A stretch of 25,782 nt of DNA from Tubiluchus corallicola (taxonomy: Eukaryota; Animalia; Priapulida), in NCBI GenBank assembly GCA_030141605.1, contig JAQGDQ010001779.1:1-25782 (forward strand), given 5' to 3'. The notes under the pieces were generated by a model. The model made no database searches. It saw only the letters and a program-made list of their open reading frames with translations, and was not told the DNA's origin. Every line of letters begins with the position of its first letter. Position 1 is the stretch's first letter. A program made the position numbers and the translations under genes. Below, piece by piece: positions 1-10,588 of this stretch.

Positions 1-21
1 AATGTTTTTGAAGTTTGTTAA

Positions 22-379
22 CCCGTTCAGTCCCAAATTATTTTTTTAATAAGAAAAATTTTTTTGGTTTTTTGTACTTTTCTTCAGTATGTCCATCTTG
101 TTTACATAATAATAATTTTTTTTCTACCTGTGCCCATGTGCTAAATATAGTCTGTATCCCACGGGATACATTGGGGTTGCTAAGCATGATAAAGTACTGT
201 ACCTTGCGCAGTTTTTTATGCTATGTAGATTTTCTAGTTTGCCATTTTATCACCATTTTTAGTCTATTGTTATTGGCTTAAACCAAAATAACTATTAACA
301 GATCAAATAACTGTCAGTCTTAAAATTTTATTAATTTTAAAGGCAGAAAATATTCTCGTATCCCGCAGGTATGAAAGGG
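22..379. mobile_element. piggyBac-type non-autonomous element (MITE), internally shorter copy
   Basis: TTAA at 18-21 and 380-383; termini CCCGTTCAGTCCC... and ...GGTATGAAAGGG; highly similar to the copy at 4321-4775 but lacks about 90 bp of its interior. Confidence 0.88.
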
Positions 380-587
380 TTAATGTGTAGACTATATAAT
401 TTCATCATATATTGCATGATGAAATTATTATTTTAATAAAATTTCATTTTTTGATCTTTTTTTCTCTTCTTTCATAACTCTGACATATGGGATAGTCGTC
501 AACGCCACCTACTAGTTGTTACTAAATGTAGCATTTAAACAGATGTGCTGAAATTGTGCGCCTGTAAATAGTTTTCTTTGTTTGTAG

Positions 588-628
588 GAAAAGACCGATG
601 TCGAAGGGACATTATTCGTCTATTCTAG
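588..628 (+). CDS. DCP1: DCP1 exon 2 (41 nt, EKTDVEGTLFVYS(R)), on the strand opposite to exon 1
   Basis: Acceptor TTTTCTTTGTTTGTAG ends at 587 and GT follows at 629. The peptide is the direct continuation of the DCP1 EVH1 domain after ...VALYTF...W (human DCP1A reads EKTDIEGTLFVY). Confidence 0.88.
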
Positions 629-809
629 GTACAGTACTTTATCATGCTTAGCAACCCCAATGTATCCCGTGGGATACAGACTATATTTAGCACATGGGCA
701 CAGGTAGAAAAAAAATTATTATTATGTAAACAAGATGGACATACTGAAGAAAAGTACAAAAAACCAAAAAAATTTTTCTTATTAAAAAAATAATTTGGGA
801 CTGAACGGG
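627..809. mobile_element. Truncated inverted copy of the piggyBac-type MITE (one terminus only), part of the fold-back arm
   Basis: Ends GGGACTGAACGGG|TTAA (TTAA at 810-813); broken at 627. Confidence 0.85.
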
Positions 810-1379
810 TTAACAAACTTCAAAAACATTCCTTGAAAAAACCCTAAACTTAATAATGGTGAATACTCTATGCATTTGGTGTATTAGTCCATGAGAAATT
901 GTGAACCACTTAAACTAACAGCTACCTGAATGAACTAGCATTACAGAAATGGAGAACTGTCAGCACACACTCAAACAAAACAATCAGTAAAACACTGAAT
1001 ATAGGTCTCACTGTTTTTGTCTGCTAACACTGATATTTAAATATGACGATATGTTATGAGGGTGAGTTATAATCTGTGCTGTAGAGATGGTAGGTATTAA
1101 AACATGCAACTACCAGATTTTTTTAAACTGTGTCACATTAGAGTCAAGACAATAGATATAAAAGACTAGAGTCAGTAGAAATAACAAGCGATCAATAATT
1201 TGTGCAAATATTTCAGCTCCTGAATTTATACGCTTATTATGTAATATGAGAACGACAGCCATCAAAACATATGGCGGAAATTACACATTAATACAGCTAC
1301 ATAAAGGATAGTTACACGTTTTTCTCAATAAATTTAATGAAGGCTAATTTGTTATTTCATTAAAACTTTCGTCACTTAC

Positions 1380-1508
1380 CCATTCAACACCAGCAGAACT
1401 GAATGTGTAAAGTGCCACCTGTGTTGCAGTATCTACTATCTCAGTAATATAAGGATCACACCTTTGCAACGCTGCCAAATTTATTTTAGCTTCTGACGAC
1501 GTTGCCAT
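1380..1508 (-). CDS. DCP1: DCP1 (mRNA-decapping enzyme subunit 1) coding exon 1, MATSSEAKINLAALQRCDPYITEIVDTATQVALYTFSSAGVEW
   Basis: AAG-ATG-G start at 1508, 43 codons, phase-0 donor GTAAGT at 1379-1374. The LAAL..DPYI..I.D...QVALY.F......W pattern is the conserved DCP1 N-terminus. Too short to appear in the ORF track. Confidence 0.92.
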
Positions 1509-2374
1509 CTTGAAAATGAGTGGTAGAATGACGAAAGCGCCAAAGCGTCAAAGGCTCGTAACGCATAGTGAATACTATACAAAAATCTTTGGCTCACACT
1601 CAGGCTCAACTGAAGTTGTGTTGTTCAACAGTTCAACAGTTTGGCTATAATTATAGTATTTAATAATTATTATTAACTAATTGTGCAGTTCATCAGACTA
1701 ACTGCTGTAAAGTCATCAGCATTGCTACAGCAATGAATAATAAATTATGAAGAACAATATTATTAGAAGCAAGAATATTTATTGTATGTCATGATAATAA
1801 TAATAATTAGAAAAACAGCAATACAATGAAGTTCACATTAGTACAGGAGAATAAAATTATAATAAATGTTTTAGGGCTGCAAGACCTAATAAAAACTGCT
1901 GTAAATGGATGAAAACAAGATGAAAAATATGAAGACATACAGTAAATATCTCTCCTTTCAAGTTGCAAGACTGGTGAAAGGATGGCACACTGGTATTATA
2001 ATTAGGCTTCACAAATTTAAAGTTTGCCCAATTCTGGAATATCATGGCAGTTCGATTTGAAACCTGCATTATGTAAAAGATATTTTTTCCAGAAAAAAGC
2101 CATCGGGATAGTGTTTTTAGTGCAAGCCTTATCACATTGCCAATGTTTATGTCAACTAAATCTACACAATTATAATGTTATAAAATTAGAACTTCACATC
2201 TTACTTGGTTAGAAGTTTACCCTGGTCTCAGTCACTTTATGGCTTATATTATTTCCAATTCTAAGAGTGCCCTTATCCTTAGGCAAAAACCAGGTAACAG
2301 ACTGCTATACATCAAATTTTAGCATAACTGCTATGTTTTTGCAAATTTGTCCATCAAAAAGAATACATTTACAT

Positions 2375-2750
2375 TAGGAGTGAGCATTCTCTACCAGAAA
2401 CCGAAATCGAATCGAACTGAAATTGTGACTTTCAAATTCGAATCAAACCGAACTTCAGTGTTTCGTATTCGAATTGAGATCGAAAGATTTTCGAACCATC
2501 AGCAAAAATTAGTCTTACAAAGGTCATGCATATCACTAGATTTTGTTCTGCAATAAAACGACTAGTAATTTCTTTAAAATTGTGTGCAGAAATCACAGCT
2601 AAATTATGCTAATTGCGTGATGTTTCAATCGTTTTAGTGATAAAGAACATGTGTGATTGAAGTGTTGAATTATTCGAATCTATAGTTTTGCATTCGAATC
2701 GAGTTCAAACTAAAAAAACTCGTTCGAATCGCGTTCGATGCTCACCCCTA
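2375..2750. mobile_element. hAT-type MITE (376 bp), family A copy 1
   Basis: TIRs TAGGAGTGAGCAT / ATGCTCACCCCTA; perfect 8-bp TSD ATTTACAT (2367-2374, 2751-2758); many subterminal TTCGA/TCGAA motifs. Confidence 0.92.
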
Positions 2751-2921
2751 ATTTACATTAGCTTTTACCAGGAATTCCCACTTTGATCCAGGAATTTCCA
2801 GGATTGTACCAGCTTTTACCAGGAATTTCCCATCATTGGGACAAGTGTTATGTCATGGAAAAAAACTTACGAATTTATGATTAAGAGATTGAGAAAAGAT
2901 TTTCACTTTCTTCATCTTCAC

Positions 2922-3297
2922 TAGGGGTGAGCATCGAACGTTCGTGTTCGAATCCAATTCGAACGCTGGCTTTCGATTCGAACGAGTTTTTTTTAGTTCG
3001 AACTCGATTCAAATCCAAAACTATAGATTCGAATAATTCAACACTTCAATCACACGTTCTTTTATCACTAAAACGATTGAAACATCATGCAATTAGCATA
3101 ATTTAGCTGTGATTTCTGCACACAATTTTAAAGAAATTACTAGTCGTTTAGGTGCAAAATCTAGTGATATGCATGGTATTTGTAAGACTAATTTTTGCTG
3201 GTGGTTCGATTCGAAACACTGAAGTTCGGTTCGAATTTGAAACATTGAAGTTCAGTTCGATTCGAATTCGCTTTCTGGTAGAGAATGGTCACCCCTA
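2922..3297. mobile_element. hAT-type MITE (376 bp), family A copy 2, in opposite orientation to copy 1
   Basis: TIRs TAGGGGTGAGCAT / ATGGTCACCCCTA; perfect 8-bp TSD ATCTTCAC (2914-2921, 3298-3305); interior is the near reverse complement of 2375-2750. Confidence 0.92.
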
Positions 3298-4320
3298 ATC
3301 TTCACTGCTTCATAGTGTTATTAAAAGCATCAGTAAGTCTTTTTAACAACTTATTAAAAATGATAATAATTATTATTAAAAGGAAAAAACAAACAAAGTC
3401 TTTGCATAAAGTTCAACAAAGTATTTATTATACACTAGTCCAGACCAATTACAATTCCAGTTTGCTAACGAGTAAATCAATTCATTAGCAATGCAAATCG
3501 AATCCATGATTAGGTTAAACCTATAATAACTAGTCTTACATGTGAAACACAAAAAACAGGTAACTTAGTACATGGGTAGTGCATTAACAATCGGGCAGTA
3601 TACATGTACACTACTTTGTACTTCAAATAATTACAGACGCCCCAGTAGAAATTTTTGCATTATTTTTCACAAAATTTAAATGGTTTTAAAATTATACTGG
3701 TATCACTACCATTAATTTTAAGAAAATCCTCAGAAAATTAAATATAGAAAAATAATATAGTAATACTTAATATTTCATATAATGCTTTATAGTAGAGCAA
3801 TTAAAAATGAAAGAAAATAATTGCTTGAAATTCCTTTTACATTTCTAGTGTGCAAAATTATATTTAAATATACAAATAACAAAATAAATCAGTTTGCAAA
3901 TTACAACAGTAATGCTGGTCTTGTTTTTTTAAATGTAAAACTGTATTACAGAAGTGCTAAGACTTCTCCTATACAAGTATCATACATTCTTTAAGAACAC
4001 TAATAACTTTAATTTAATATTACAAAGAAATGTTAATACACTGAACTGTAAGTTTATTAATTGTTTAAACTGAAAGCAAGTTTACTGAACATAACATAAA
4101 TTAAGCTATTAAAAGGCTACAATAAATTATAATAGAATTGTGAAAGTGCTTTACTCATTGCTTATCTATCTTAAAGTGAGCTAGTTCTCGATCAGAAAGT
4201 ACAAAAGTTTCATAAGCTCATTTCATAATGTACATAAATTAATGTATAGGTACTACGTTAATTAATCACAGTACAGTGATGTCCAACTTATAGTAATATT
4301 GTTGTATAAAAACCACTTAA

Positions 4321-4775
4321 CCCTTTCAGTCCCAAATTATTTTTAAAGAAAAAAATTTTTGGTTTGGTACTTTTGTTCAGTATGTCCATCTTGTTTACAC
4401 ATAATAATTATCTTTTTCTACCTGTGCCCGCGTGCTAAATATAGCCTGTATCCCATGGGATACATTGGGATTCAATGGAAGCATAAAATGTGCTTCATTT
4501 TGCAACTGCTGATAATTTTCTAAAGTATTTAAGACATTTAGTATGCACGCTATGCTGATCTGTACAAAGCCGCCTCTAAAGTACTGTACCTTGCACAGTT
4601 TTTACGCTACATAGATTTTCTAGTTTGCCATTTTATCACTATTTTTAGTCTATTGTTATTGGCTTAAATCAAAATAACTACTAACAGATCAAATAACTGT
4701 CAGTTTTAAAATTCTATTAGTTTTAAAGGCAGAAAATATTCTCGTATCCCACGGGATACAATGGGTATGAAAGGG
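4321..4775. mobile_element. piggyBac-type non-autonomous element (MITE, 455 bp)
   Basis: TTAA TSD at 4317-4320 and 4776-4779; TIRs CCCTTTCAGTCCCA / TGGGTATGAAAGGG (12/14 match); internal palindrome TATCCC(A/C/T)xxGGGATAC occurs twice; no ORF. Confidence 0.92.
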
Positions 4776-5101
4776 TTAACCATGCTGGCCCTGTAATAAC
4801 TTCATGTAATTTGCAGTCTATTTCACGCTCAGCACCTCATTCACTTCACTCACTTCAAAAGTAAGTCATTCCTACATCTCAACAGCTCACTATACATACA
4901 AAGTGGCTAATGTTGCATGAAAACGGAAGCACCACGCATTTGTTTAAATGCCATAAAAGTAGCAGAGTTACTTCTCAAACAGGCCGAGCAACGTCTCATT
5001 CTGTATGCCTGAGTCCAGCGCCATCTATTAGGGAAAAACCCAATTATTGCTCAAACATGTTAAGTTAATTAAAAGTGGAGATATTGTGAATTACTACCCT
5101 G

Positions 5102-8100
5102 TCATTTACGGAGCGTTCTGAACTGGCAATGCAGCTTGTAATGTAGTTTCAAAGCAATGGCTGTTGCTAATTTTTTATCACATGACTCACAAGCGTAAGG
5201 CTTCTCAATTCGGTGGGTTTCCCGATGGTCAGCTAACTCTTCTGCTGTGTGATACTTGGCAGAACACTGGTCGCAGGCATATATGTGTTGTATTTGCTCG
5301 TGAGTTCGCATGTGCAACGTTAATATGGTGGCGCTTGTGAAACAAACATGGCACTGTTTACACTGATATTGTTTCTCAGCTTCCACCATTGCTTCACTTC
5401 TGCCAACAGTTGCAGTATGATGAATTTGCTGATGCTCATCGAGGTTCTCACGACTGGTAAAAGCAAAATGGCAGTTCTCACATTTGTAAACGTCTTTGCT
5501 CACCTGTGAGCAGGCGTGGCCTTTCAAATTCGCAATCGTCTTGAAGTCCCTTCTACACTTTTCACAGGTATGTCGGTTTTTAGCACCGCGGGGGTTGCAG
5601 GTGTGACTTTTTAACTGCAGGGCATTCGGAAAACTTTCGTTGCACTTCCAGCAATGAGAATGGCTCTCGTTCTGAACTGACCAGTGAAATGCGCCTGATC
5701 GGATTCTCTTGCCCATGTCTTTTCTGTTGGCACCTGGCATCACTGTCTGACCCGAAAAGTGCTTTTCTGCCGGTTGGTTTTTTTGCTTAATAAGTTGAGT
5801 GATGCGCCTGCCTATAAGACAAGGTGAAGATGTGGCGCCAGAGTCCTGATTTTCACTGATATGAAGAAAGTTATGAAGCCTCAGCTTGACTTCTGTTTCA
5901 AAGGATTCACTGCATTTGTCACACTGATGTCTCTTGTGAATTTTCCGGTGAGCTGCTAAATCTCCGACACTTTCAAACGTGGCATCACACTGAGCACAGC
6001 TATGACTATTGTGAATTCGATGGTGCTGCTTCAAGTGCTTCTTAAGCCTGAACATTTCACCACACCAGTCACACCTGTAACGTCTGAGACACTCAGGTGA
6101 GTGGGTTTTTTTCATATGGCCGCTCAAATCTTGGAGTCTGTGAAATGTCTTATAGCACTGTGAACACGTAAACACATGGCTATGTGTCTTAGCATGTTGC
6201 GCAAGCAGAAATCTACTCCGATATGAGCTGCCACACTCATCACATTTGAATGGCTTTTCAGATCCATGCTGCTTGTTATGCAATTTCAAAGACGCAACTG
6301 TTTTAAAATTTTTGCTACATAAAGTGCATTTGAGCGATGAGTGAGTAGTATCAAAATCTTTAATGCCAGTTTCATGTTCAAATGAGTCTTTTGCTATCGC
6401 CTCTTCATTACCTTCTTTATCGGACTGCACGACAATAACGTCCTCATTAGACTGACTCCCAGTTGTGAGTTCACTGATGTCTTCATTCTCAGAGTGGTTT
6501 CCCTTTACAGGTTCTGCGACGTCTTCCTTATCAGAGAGGCCAGTATTTATTATATTATGAATGTCTTTTAATTCAGGCTGGTTGATTGTTGAAAGTTCAT
6601 TAACGATCTCCGAGTCGGGAGAATTTGGTGACGTTGGTACATCCATGCCTTCTGTATCAGAATATCCAGCTGTTGTAGTTGGACTAGATTCAGCAATTGT
6701 TTTTTCATCATTTTGACTTGCTTTTTGACTCACTTTTTCATCAGCCATGGTAGTTTCTTCTGTGTGAATGCCTAGTTGCTTTGCCACACTTGTCACACTG
6801 TCCTCAAGCGATTTTTGAGAAGCACCACCTGTCGACAATGCTAAAGCTTGTGTGCCACTACTGTGGGCTTCTAGATGTTTTACGAAAGGAGATTTGTACT
6901 TAAAAGAAATGCTACACTTGTCACATTTGTATGGCTTTTTCAGTAACTTAACATTTATAGAGCCTTTATCAGATACAAGGTATTTGTGATTGATTTTGGG
7001 TTTAGAATTCCTGCAGGATTTCTTTTTGGAAGGTGTCACAGCAAATCCATCAGTTTGAACATATGAAGGCTGAGAATTTGTAAGTGTGTTCAATTCCAAA
7101 GCATAAGCACCGGACTTTGGACACACTAATCGACCTGTGGTTACAGGATGCCTGACTTCAACTGTGTTTACATTGGGAAGCAAGGGATGATATTCAGCAA
7201 CAACTTCTGCTTCTTTGCCGACGTTATCAGCTCTAACAGTCTCCAGGAATTCCCCTGGATCAATTACCACCTCCTCGAGTTCCATACCCCTGTCCTCTAC
7301 TGCTTCAGTGTAAGTTTCACCAACTGTTGCATCGGCACTCGCAACTTTCACAGTTGTGCAACCAGAAGGCATTTCTATTCGTTTCAGTAAGACAAACGGT
7401 TGGTTCCACATGGTATGCAGCTTTCTGCGACAGCTCAGCCCGTGAGTTCGCATGTGACGTTTAAAATCTGAGAGCTGTGCAAATTTTTTGCTACACTTGT
7501 CACATTTGTGTGGCTGGCTCTCTACAGGATGTGATTTCCTATGCAATGACAGTCCGCCAAACCTTTGGAAAGTCCTATCACACTGATTACATTTGTACGT
7601 ACCACTATGACTCTTCATATGTTTTGCCAGGTGCATTTTGCGTTTGTAAGACACATTACATTTATCACATTTGTAAGGTTTTGCATTGGCGTGACACTTG
7701 CGATTGTGTCGTCTCAACTGTTTTGCACTTCTGAAAACCTTTCCGCATGCGCTACACTTAAGAAAAGTCACTTTTAAACCTGACAAATGTTCTTTCGGTT
7801 TTTCACAGGGAGGTTCAATAATTACATCAGCTGTTTCATGACTAACTTTTATTAAGTTATAATGGGCAGATTTATTTGAGTTTTGTGAGTTTTCTTGAGC
7901 ACTGCTGGCTTCATTATCTAGTTCATGAGGTGCACCACAATCAGCCAAAAGCTGATTTGTCTTTGATGAAGAATATTCAATGCCACTTTCACTAGCCATT
8001 GTTTTGCTATCATCGGACGGTTTGTTTGATTCCAGCGTTTGAACGGTTTGTGAGTGGTTTTGTTTAGATGACGCTTCACCATGATCATAGCGCTGGTTTA

Positions 8101-10588
8101 CTAAGGGTTCTTTGACGGTTGTTAACAAAGCTGGATAATATTTCAAGGTTTTCATGAATTCGACTATTGATGGGTGGGGTTTTCCTTGCTTGTTGTCAAC
8201 GTTCCGTAAATCGCTACTTCGAAGTGATGCTTTTTCGGAACATGTCCTATCATCTGCAGTCTCTGTTTCATTAGAGGGTGCAGTTGTACCTTTAGTGTTA
8301 TCATGAGTTTTAGTTTTGAGCATTTGACTAGAAATGCCCAAACTATCTATATGACTTTCTGCATCATTTTCAATTGAAGATTCACTACAATTTGCTGAAA
8401 GTGTTTTGCTTCTGGTTCTCTGAGACACGACATCTTTGCCAAGTTCACTAACCCCTACGTTACGAGAATTCTCAGACATTGGGCATGTTGATTTCGTAGG
8501 ACTTTTTTGGACTTCATCCAGTTTTTCTTGCTTATTTCCTTCCAATTTTTTCTCGCTTGCCTTGATGTTTTCGGTGGCTTCGGGTAGAGCAGCGGCAGCG
8601 ACGATGGCAAGTGTTTCAAGGGCATCGATTTCCGAAACGTCATATGAAGTTGCATAACCAATTGTCTCCATGTCATCGGTGTCGTAACCATTTGCTTTTG
8701 AGTCATGCAGGCTCTTGCAAAACGCACTGGGAGAAGTAGAACACGGATCCATTATTGCCGTATTGTGGGCAACAGCTGCCAATGTGTACAAGTCGTGTGG
8801 GCCGTGACCTTGACCTGTAAAGTTCGTAGTTGTGGCAGAGGATAATGTGACACTGCAAGAGGTTAGCGAATTGACGGGGCACACCAGAACTTTTGGTGCT
8901 TCCGTGGTGGCGACACCTGCTTCAACGGTGGTTATCACAAAACGGCTACTTGGCGTAGTGATGTTATCTGTAGCTTTCACCGTGCTGAAATCATCAGCTG
9001 CTTCCCGAATAGAACTCGCCTGTCGTGGCACTCCCTCATGTGCCAGATGGTCCTCTACTTTTCGATTATCCTCTTCTTTTGCTTCCGACACGGACGAATG
9101 ACTGGATGACATCGAACACTTGCTTGTATCAGACGTCATACTGTTAAGATCTTCAACGTGCTCCGATATTTCAGTTGCAGCTACTGCGCATTGCTGAAAC
9201 TGTTCGGCAGTAATGCCGTATTTTGGATGCGCTTCCTTCAACTCTCTGAAAGAATTCTCATCGCCGACACCTTCTTTTGCCGAACAGGAAGGCACGTCCG
9301 CGGCCGCCAATGAGGCTTCTGAAGTACCGTCGTGCTGTTTCATGTGCTGCGTTTGGCTGGCTTCATTTAGAAAATATGCATGGCAGATGTGACAGCGAAA
9401 AAGTTTATGAGGATGTGGGATGGAGGCGTTTCTTGTCTGCGGGAAACCACTACTCACTGGTTCCTCAACAAAGTCACCAACAGGTTGATGTAAAACACTT
9501 TTTTTCACTATAGTCGTCACTTTTGTTGGATTATCTAACTCAACGTCCTTCTCAACGTTTTTGTTTGAAACTTGTTTTACGACAGCAGAGTATGCGTCAA
9601 CTTGTTTGATATTATTACTCAAACTTGTCACATCTCCCTCACTTGTCACGTCCTTCTCACGACTAATTTGTTGCTTTGCTTCATTAAGGTGAAATTTTTT
9701 GTGTGCTTCTAAACTATATAAATACTTATATGACAATTGGCATTGATCACATTTGTACATCTTTCGTTCGAGAGAGTGTGAAGGCAAGTGGTTCTCTAAA
9801 TCGCACATTTTGTAGAAGATCCCTGGACACTTTGGACACTGGAGAGTGCGTACCAAGCTGACTTTCTGGGTGTTCTTGTTCTGTTTTACGACACAGTCTT
9901 GCTTTTCTTTCACCGTGTTATTGTTGTTATTCTCAACTGGACACACACATACAGCATTTGTACTGTTCTTTACAGAAGTCGAAGTGAGTACTTGCGTGCC
10001 TCCAGACACTACTAAGCTCCCATCTTCACACGCTCCGACTACATGCTTTTCACTGTGGTTTAACCTGTCCACCGCGTAGCGGTCAAACTCTGCAGAATCA
10101 TCTACGACTTTCTCGTCCGCATCTTTCTCAGACGCTACATCCGAATCGTCCGTCGCGGACATCTTCCTGTGAACCTCCATATGCTGCTGTAAACTCGAAG
10201 TGTCCTCAAAAGTCGAACTGCACACTGTGCACCTGAACATTTTGTCTTGGACGTGAACCAGAATGTGTTTGGTGAGCGATTCTGGATCAGAAAATGCTTT
10301 GTTACACTGTCCACACTTGTAAAGTTTTTCGGTCTCATGCTGGGCGGCGTGGAATTTCAAGTCAAACAGATCCTCAAAGCTTAAAGAACACTTACTACAA
10401 CCAAACAAAGTCTTCCGGGAGCCTTTTTCACCAAGCTGAGTGTCGTCCTCATCGAGCGAAACATTTTCTCGAACCTTCTTATCTTTTGTAGTCTTCAAAA
10501 CTGCACCTTTTTCATCGGCCATTTTAACGGACGGAGCAGTCCAGTCATATATGGCAGCCCAAATGTTTTTAGTTGTTTGACGATTCAT
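5102..10588 (-). CDS. Large multi-C2H2 zinc-finger protein, uninterrupted 1828-aa ORF (likely start may be the AAA-ATG-G at 10522, MADEKG...)
   Basis: By eye, 21 CxxC-x12-Hx3-4H fingers plus 2 atypical CxxC..HxC fingers, in clusters separated by long Ser/Thr/Glu-rich low-complexity linkers. Some EKPF/KPY linkers. No KRAB, BTB or SET domain recognised. Confidence 0.93.
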   Translation of the reverse strand: MNRQTTKNIWAAIYDWTAPSVKMADEKGAVLKTTKDKKVRENVSLDEDDTQLGEKGSRKTLFGCSKCSLSFEDLFDLKFHAAQHETEKLYKCGQCNKAFSDPESLTKHILVHVQDKMFRCTVCSSTFEDTSSLQQHMEVHRKMSATDDSDVASEKDADEKVVDDSAEFDRYAVDRLNHSEKHVVGACEDGSLVVSGGTQVLTSTSVKNSTNAVCVCPVENNNNNTVKEKQDCVVKQNKNTQKVSLVRTLQCPKCPGIFYKMCDLENHLPSHSLERKMYKCDQCQLSYKYLYSLEAHKKFHLNEAKQQISREKDVTSEGDVTSLSNNIKQVDAYSAVVKQVSNKNVEKDVELDNPTKVTTIVKKSVLHQPVGDFVEEPVSSGFPQTRNASIPHPHKLFRCHICHAYFLNEASQTQHMKQHDGTSEASLAAADVPSCSAKEGVGDENSFRELKEAHPKYGITAEQFQQCAVAATEISEHVEDLNSMTSDTSKCSMSSSHSSVSEAKEEDNRKVEDHLAHEGVPRQASSIREAADDFSTVKATDNITTPSSRFVITTVEAGVATTEAPKVLVCPVNSLTSCSVTLSSATTTNFTGQGHGPHDLYTLAAVAHNTAIMDPCSTSPSAFCKSLHDSKANGYDTDDMETIGYATSYDVSEIDALETLAIVAAAALPEATENIKASEKKLEGNKQEKLDEVQKSPTKSTCPMSENSRNVGVSELGKDVVSQRTRSKTLSANCSESSIENDAESHIDSLGISSQMLKTKTHDNTKGTTAPSNETETADDRTCSEKASLRSSDLRNVDNKQGKPHPSIVEFMKTLKYYPALLTTVKEPLVNQRYDHGEASSKQNHSQTVQTLESNKPSDDSKTMASESGIEYSSSKTNQLLADCGAPHELDNEASSAQENSQNSNKSAHYNLIKVSHETADVIIEPPCEKPKEHLSGLKVTFLKCSACGKVFRSAKQLRRHNRKCHANAKPYKCDKCNVSYKRKMHLAKHMKSHSGTYKCNQCDRTFQRFGGLSLHRKSHPVESQPHKCDKCSKKFAQLSDFKRHMRTHGLSCRRKLHTMWNQPFVLLKRIEMPSGCTTVKVASADATVGETYTEAVEDRGMELEEVVIDPGEFLETVRADNVGKEAEVVAEYHPLLPNVNTVEVRHPVTTGRLVCPKSGAYALELNTLTNSQPSYVQTDGFAVTPSKKKSCRNSKPKINHKYLVSDKGSINVKLLKKPYKCDKCSISFKYKSPFVKHLEAHSSGTQALALSTGGASQKSLEDSVTSVAKQLGIHTEETTMADEKVSQKASQNDEKTIAESSPTTTAGYSDTEGMDVPTSPNSPDSEIVNELSTINQPELKDIHNIINTGLSDKEDVAEPVKGNHSENEDISELTTGSQSNEDVIVVQSDKEGNEEAIAKDSFEHETGIKDFDTTHSSLKCTLCSKNFKTVASLKLHNKQHGSEKPFKCDECGSSYRSRFLLAQHAKTHSHVFTCSQCYKTFHRLQDLSGHMKKTHSPECLRRYRCDWCGEMFRLKKHLKQHHRIHNSHSCAQCDATFESVGDLAAHRKIHKRHQCDKCSESFETEVKLRLHNFLHISENQDSGATSSPCLIGRRITQLIKQKNQPAEKHFSGQTVMPGANRKDMGKRIRSGAFHWSVQNESHSHCWKCNESFPNALQLKSHTCNPRGAKNRHTCEKCRRDFKTIANLKGHACSQVSKDVYKCENCHFAFTSRENLDEHQQIHHTATVGRSEAMVEAEKQYQCKQCHVCFTSATILTLHMRTHEQIQHIYACDQCSAKYHTAEELADHRETHRIEKPYACESCDKKLATAIALKLHYKLHCQFRTLRK

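Larger units (their letters stand above)
1..830. repeat. Long inverted repeat: arm 1-204 is the reverse complement of arm 627-830, with a 422-bp spacer; the left arm probably continues beyond the window
   Basis: 821-830 CAAAAACATT is the reverse complement of 1-10 AATGTTTTTG. ORFs 15..281(+) and 625..816(-) translate identically for 63 aa. Identity stops abruptly at 204/627. Confidence 0.95.

Noticed and set aside
15-816. Twin ORFs MLTRSVPNYFF... on opposite strands
   Set aside because: They are translations of the inverted MITE copies, with non-ATG starts and no protein-like features.
7148-10491. Short ORFs overlapping the zinc-finger gene
   Set aside because: Antisense or off-frame shadows of a long coding sequence.
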